Shown: positions 60,801 to 64,000 of the stretch, one piece after another | Layout of the letters: each line of letters starts with the position of its first letter | How positions within the stretch are numbered: the first letter of the stretch is position 1 | NCBI GenBank assembly: GCA_976226885.1 | Contig: OZ320318.1 | Coordinates: 55,924,001 to 55,988,000, forward strand | Direction of reading: 5' to 3' | Length of the DNA stretch: 64,000 nt | From: Iphione sp. A-MEVVRFRX5 | Lineage: Eukaryota | Notes under the pieces: generated by a model | What the model was told of the DNA's origin: nothing | Seen by the model: the letters and a program-made list of their open reading frames with translations, nothing else | The model's database searches: none | Translations under genes and position numbers: made by a program

Positions 60801-60844
60801 ATGTCTTGGATTCAAACTGTCCGATGCCGCAGCCGACTATTGCA
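43981..60844 (-). CDS. Gene 2 (5'-partial, 12 exons in window, ~690 aa): CLC family Cl- channel or Cl-/H+ exchanger, CLC-6/7-related, two CBS domains
   Basis: join(complement): 60752-60844, 60103-60334, 58448-58642, 58038-58138, 53472-53539, 52064-52235, 50788-50977, 47897-48063, 46310-46489, 45226-45316, 44772-44867, 43981-44469. All GT-AG, phases continuous (2074 nt). Motifs: [36 protein letters not shown] (central Tyr), [22 protein letters not shown]. The exact orthologue cannot be assigned, so no symbol is given. Confidence 0.93.
44772..44867 (-). CDS. CLC exon: [32 protein letters not shown]
   Basis: Not in the ORF track. cttcatatag|ATA; donor TTG|GTATGT; phase 0-0; gives VDL-NNYVN typical of the CBS2 start. 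Confidence 0.85.
45226..45316 (-). CDS. CLC exon: [18 protein letters not shown]
   Basis: Not in the ORF track. gtgtag|G ACA; donor GAG|GTGAGT; phase 2->0. Confidence 0.85.
46310..46489 (-). CDS. CLC exon: CBS1 ([24 protein letters not shown])
   Basis: acctttcag|G AAG; donor AG|GTTTTG; 180 nt, phase 2-2. Confidence 0.9.
47897..48063 (-). CDS. CLC exon: [33 protein letters not shown]
   Basis: tttcttgcag|GTC; donor GT|GTACGT; carries the central Tyr (helix R). Confidence 0.92.
48320..49420. repeat. Diverged ~700-bp local duplication in a CLC intron
   Basis: Three colinear matching blocks: tatataaaacgttgcctgaaagtagt (~48341 and ~49031), tgtattcctac..tcagtcaag (~48545 and ~49248), gccaaag(a/g)cgcttgtt (~48683 and ~49348). 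Confidence 0.75.
50788..50977 (-). CDS. CLC exon: [36 protein letters not shown]
   Basis: ccaccag|G ATC; donor ATC|GTAAGT. Confidence 0.93.
51770..51800. repeat. (TG)n microsatellite
   Basis: Direct read. Confidence 0.95.
52064..52235 (-). CDS. CLC exon: [25 protein letters not shown]
   Basis: Not in the minus-strand ORF track. tgtttacag|TG; donor CT|GTAAGC; contains the GxFxP selectivity-filter motif. Confidence 0.92.
53472..53539 (-). CDS. CLC exon: [22 protein letters not shown]
   Basis: ttcctcctag|A AAT; donor GAA G|GTAGGT; phase 2->1; joins to give YSEVATL (compare CLC-6/7 YNDxATL). Confidence 0.85.
55474..56056. mobile_element. PIF/Harbinger-like MITE, 30-bp TIR, A-rich internal repeats
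   Basis: tta|ggcccagtttccattaacacagaaacatgc ... gcatgtttctgtgttaatggaaattgggcc|cta (1 mismatch in TIR; TSD tta/cta). Confidence 0.85.
56417..56576. mobile_element. 160-bp MITE, same family, 5-bp TSD (CCATA)
   Basis: caggcccgtagcca...tggctatgggcctg flanked by ccata on both sides; same length and hairpins as 1113-1272. Confidence 0.85.
58038..58138 (-). CDS. CLC exon: [34 protein letters not shown]
   Basis: Not in the ORF track. ccctttcag|CTC; donor GG|GTATGT; phase 0->2. Confidence 0.85.
58448..58642 (-). CDS. CLC exon: [35 protein letters not shown]
   Basis: cactgacag|GTC; donor GTG|GTAGGC; 195 nt, phase 0-0. Confidence 0.9.
60103..60334 (-). CDS. CLC exon: [40 protein letters not shown]
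   Basis: cttcaag|G CGT; donor ACT|GTGAGT; within ORF 59803..60351. Confidence 0.93.
60752..60844 (-). CDS. CLC exon (first in window): [17 protein letters not shown]
   Basis: Not in the ORF track. ttttatag|T GCA ATA..; donor CG|GTAAGT; phase 2-2; matches the CLC-6/7-type helix F to F-R-N..D-R segment. Confidence 0.9.
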
Positions 60845-62512
60845 CTATAAAATATGAGAAGTAATGCAATCTCCATGACTACGGCTTTCTTTGAAAATTA
60901 AACGTGCCAGGTCTGGTTTTCATGATACCTCTGGACAAGAGTTAAAATTTGATTTTGGAGCTTTTTATATTGCACAAAGGATGGTGAGATTACGTGGCTA
61001 GGTGTATCAAAGCTCCTGTGTGACCGTAATTTTGAAAATTGCCTCTGTGGTCTATATGATAATGTACTTTTTCATGTAATGAGATTCGATTTGTTTTTCT
61101 TTCTGTACCTAGCTGTGTAACGTTATTTGTCTTCATCCTTTGTCAAACACACAAGGTTACGCCTATTCCATCTCGATCGGTGGCCAATGATAGAAGGAGA
61201 GATTCTACAAACGTGCTTACGTCTTATACTGTAAAACTCGAATGTGACCATCAATTGACACCAGCCATTTTTCCTTGATTTCAGAGACATCATTTACATA
61301 GGTGTATTCTGTCATTTATCATGTATTATCTGGTCCAGAGAAAAATGCTCCTCTCCTAACTGATTGGTCGCATTCGCGGGGAGAGGGGGGGTCTAACTGC
61401 ACAAATTCATGTTTTTGCACAAATGAATCTGTCGAAAAATCACACCTCTATGCTTAGTTTGACTGCCCGCAGCAGCTAAGCAGTGCTTCCCATCTTATCA
61501 CAGAAAATAGGATAATAAGAAAATCACAAACATGAACGTCTCGAGATGAGAATAAGTATAAAGAAGAGAAAAGCAGCTGAAATAGCTCCAAGAAACGCAA
61601 GGAACCATAATGCTATTGACATACGTTTACAATGGAGTGATCCTGGAGTCTTTTAGATTAACAAGTTTCTTCAGACTGCCATCATTCAAAGATTATAATG
61701 ATTACATGTACATGAATGTATACTATCGATGCAAATTAACCACATATATCTCTCCTAAATAAAACTTCGCGACTGACGTAATCTTGTATGCATGACCAGT
61801 TTCTAAAGGCCCAGGAAATGTCTGTTTGTGCCGACACTAATGGATTTATTAATTATTAGAATCAAAATGGCTTCCCTTCTTCCAGCTACATTCTGTGAGA
61901 TGTACACGTATGTAATTGGCACTGGTCCTGAGAGGTTATAGCCTGTTCAAGTCTGAAAGCATGCAATTCAGTGATATGTATGTGCATACTTTTAACCGTC
62001 GGCAAGATTGATCTCAGTGAAATGTTTGAGATTGTACACACTATACATTTGAGTGGGTGACTGTAAGTCAAGAGTATGTCCCTTTTACTGTAGTAATACA
62101 TGTAACAGACATCAGACTGTAAGCGTAACTGCGTCTATTTTTTGCGGAGAAGATTCATATTCATAATATTGGCTTTTCTATCGACAAAAAGGTGCATATT
62201 TCTATGTGCTATATGAATAACTCAAGCTACGCTCTTTCCTATGGTGGGGGGAGGGCGTTCCTAATGCCTGTCCGATCTCAAGGTGGTATTGCTTAGTACG
62301 TCGCCAGGAAATTATGTTGAACCTGAGAATCCATATGAGAATAATCATATTTTCTTAACTTAGAAAGAGCATGTCAGTTTGACGATTTGTTGCCATACAT
62401 ATACATGTACATTGTATATAAAGCACACTAGGATAACATTCAAAACACCTGGACGTCAAAATTGTATGTACAGGTCTTCATCTATTGCTTTGAAATGACG
62501 TGCCTGCTCTAA

Positions 62513-63133
62513 GGCCCGGTTTCCATACCTGCGGTGATGTGCGGTACAATGCGGGTGCGGCGAGGTGCGTTTATATTTTTCCCGCACCTTCCCGCACCCT
62601 CCCGCAGAGGGGTGTCCTCAACACCCTGCGGGACTGTGCGGGAAATGCTGGGAGAAAATACAGGAAAATATACGAAAAACGGCAAAAAACCACTGAAAAC
62701 AGGCCAATTCCATGCAAATTGTCCCGAAAAACGCTTAATTCATGCAAATTCGGCCGAAAAACGGCAAATTACATGCAAATTCGGCCGAAAAACGGCTTAT
62801 TTCATGCAAATTCGGCCGAAAAACGGCAAAAATGTGCGGAAAAATTCGGGGGAAAAACGGCATTGTGCGGAAATGTGCGGTATCATCAGTCAAAAGTCAG
62901 TAAATGTCAGTAAAACCAAGGAAACCCCAGTGCGTTGCCCTGCGTGTGTGGTAAATTTATGGGAAGAGACCAAAAACGAGCAACGCACGGCGTCGCACTG
63001 CAACGCACACGGACACCACCGCAGGTAAGGAAACACTCTCACTGATAACCTATAGAGCAATAATTATGTAATTCACCGCACTTCACCGCACAGCAACGCA
63101 CACGGACACCACCGCAGGTAAGGAAACCGGGGC
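62513..63133. mobile_element. PIF/Harbinger-like MITE, TSD TAA, with octamer minisatellite and duplicated right subterminal block
   Basis: taa|ggcccggtttccatacctgcggtg ... caccgcaggtaaggaaaccggggc|taa; caacgcacacggacaccaccgcaggtaaggaaac occurs at 63001 and ~63094. Confidence 0.88.
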
Positions 63134-64000
63134 TAATACCTATCGAAAACTACACATCTGCACAGACAGGCACATACAAATGCTGCAAAAGAGTCTGGTG
63201 TTCCGTTTGAATGTGTCTTCTATGTGGAAATGTAAAAACCAACTTATCATTTTGTGCCCCGATTTTAGATGGTCACCACTGAAAAGAATGTGTGTTTTTG
63301 TTATCATATTGAATATAAAATAACCTAGAATTTGAAATGCCATTATCCAGTTTGATCGCAGTTGCGTTTTTGCGTTTCGAATAAATGTGTTCTTTACCAC
63401 TTTTCGTACATACAGGTGCACTACAAGGTGAAAATGGACTTGGTCTCATCCACCTGGCATTCAGTGATTCGGTCTAGTTATCAGTTATCATTTTGTTCTT
63501 TGCATGCTTTAGCATATTTGAAGGAGTACAAAACGTTTTCAGTTTTGTAACTAATACTGGATGCTAGGAAGAAGGTGACAAAGGATGTGCTCGAGAGAAG
63601 GCATGGAAATCTGGAATTATACGTCTGTGTTAATAAATCTTAATTTTTCTAAAAAAAAAAAAAAGTGCGTTCATACTCGTGATTATGGCTTTCCGGCTTC
63701 AGCCCATGGGTTGCCTGTATACTTTCGTCTTTAGATGTCCTGTCCCACTATGGTACTTGCTGTTACGTTGGGACAACCTGGTTTCCCGTGTGTTAAATAG
63801 CCACGTACACCATTACAAAGAGACATATCAATCTTCTATGTGACATTTTATACGAAGGACGCATTGGTCTTGTGATTATGGTTTAGTAAAACGTGAAAAA
63901 TGACAGTGACGAATGGTGCATCGCGTTTACTCGTTTATATGGTTAAGCAGCAACTCTTTAATTATGAAGTTAAATGATGCTTACCTGTCGAGGTGATATT

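Noticed and set aside
62500-63028. Lys/Asn-rich ORFs here and at 3311-3691 and 55552-55960
   Set aside because: Open frames arise from stop-poor minisatellites inside MITEs; no transposase motifs.
60845-64000. Search for the CLC exon with the gating-glutamate GxEGP motif
   Set aside because: No exon ending ..IHxG in phase 2 was found. The donor-like site near 63984 does not translate to it, so channel versus exchanger status cannot be fully called.

Overview
Intron-rich animal genomic DNA, about 38% GC by eye. An invertebrate, possibly an echinoderm or hemichordate, is an inference and is not shown by the sequence. There are no prokaryotic features and no CRISPR array. Two multi-exon genes lie on the minus strand, both reconstructed by hand from GT-AG sites and phase continuity. 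(1) A complete 13-exon gene (31516->12572, 954 aa) encodes a type I membrane protein: signal peptide, a large module encoded almost wholly by one 1351-nt exon (NFRGG...NSSP...DPDHD motifs plus a SbsA/Big_5-like Ig fold), one atypical EGF, five calcium-binding EGFs, a SEA-like domain, a TM helix and a short tail. (2) The last 12 exons (60844->43981, about 690 aa) of a CLC-6/7-related chloride channel/transporter with two CBS domains, an Asp at the inner proton-glutamate position and a Gly-rich tail ending in ETNL. Its 5' exons, including the gating glutamate, lie beyond 64000. Introns and intergenic DNA contain many non-autonomous DNA transposons (PIF/Harbinger-like with TWA TSDs, CCC-ended CMC/EnSpm-like, Tigger-like, and a 160-bp family with 5-bp TSDs), decayed LINE RT relics, nested insertions, a chimeric 3 x 323-bp array and a shared ~31-bp minisatellite. 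Domain and superfamily names come from recalled consensus motifs; no database was searched.
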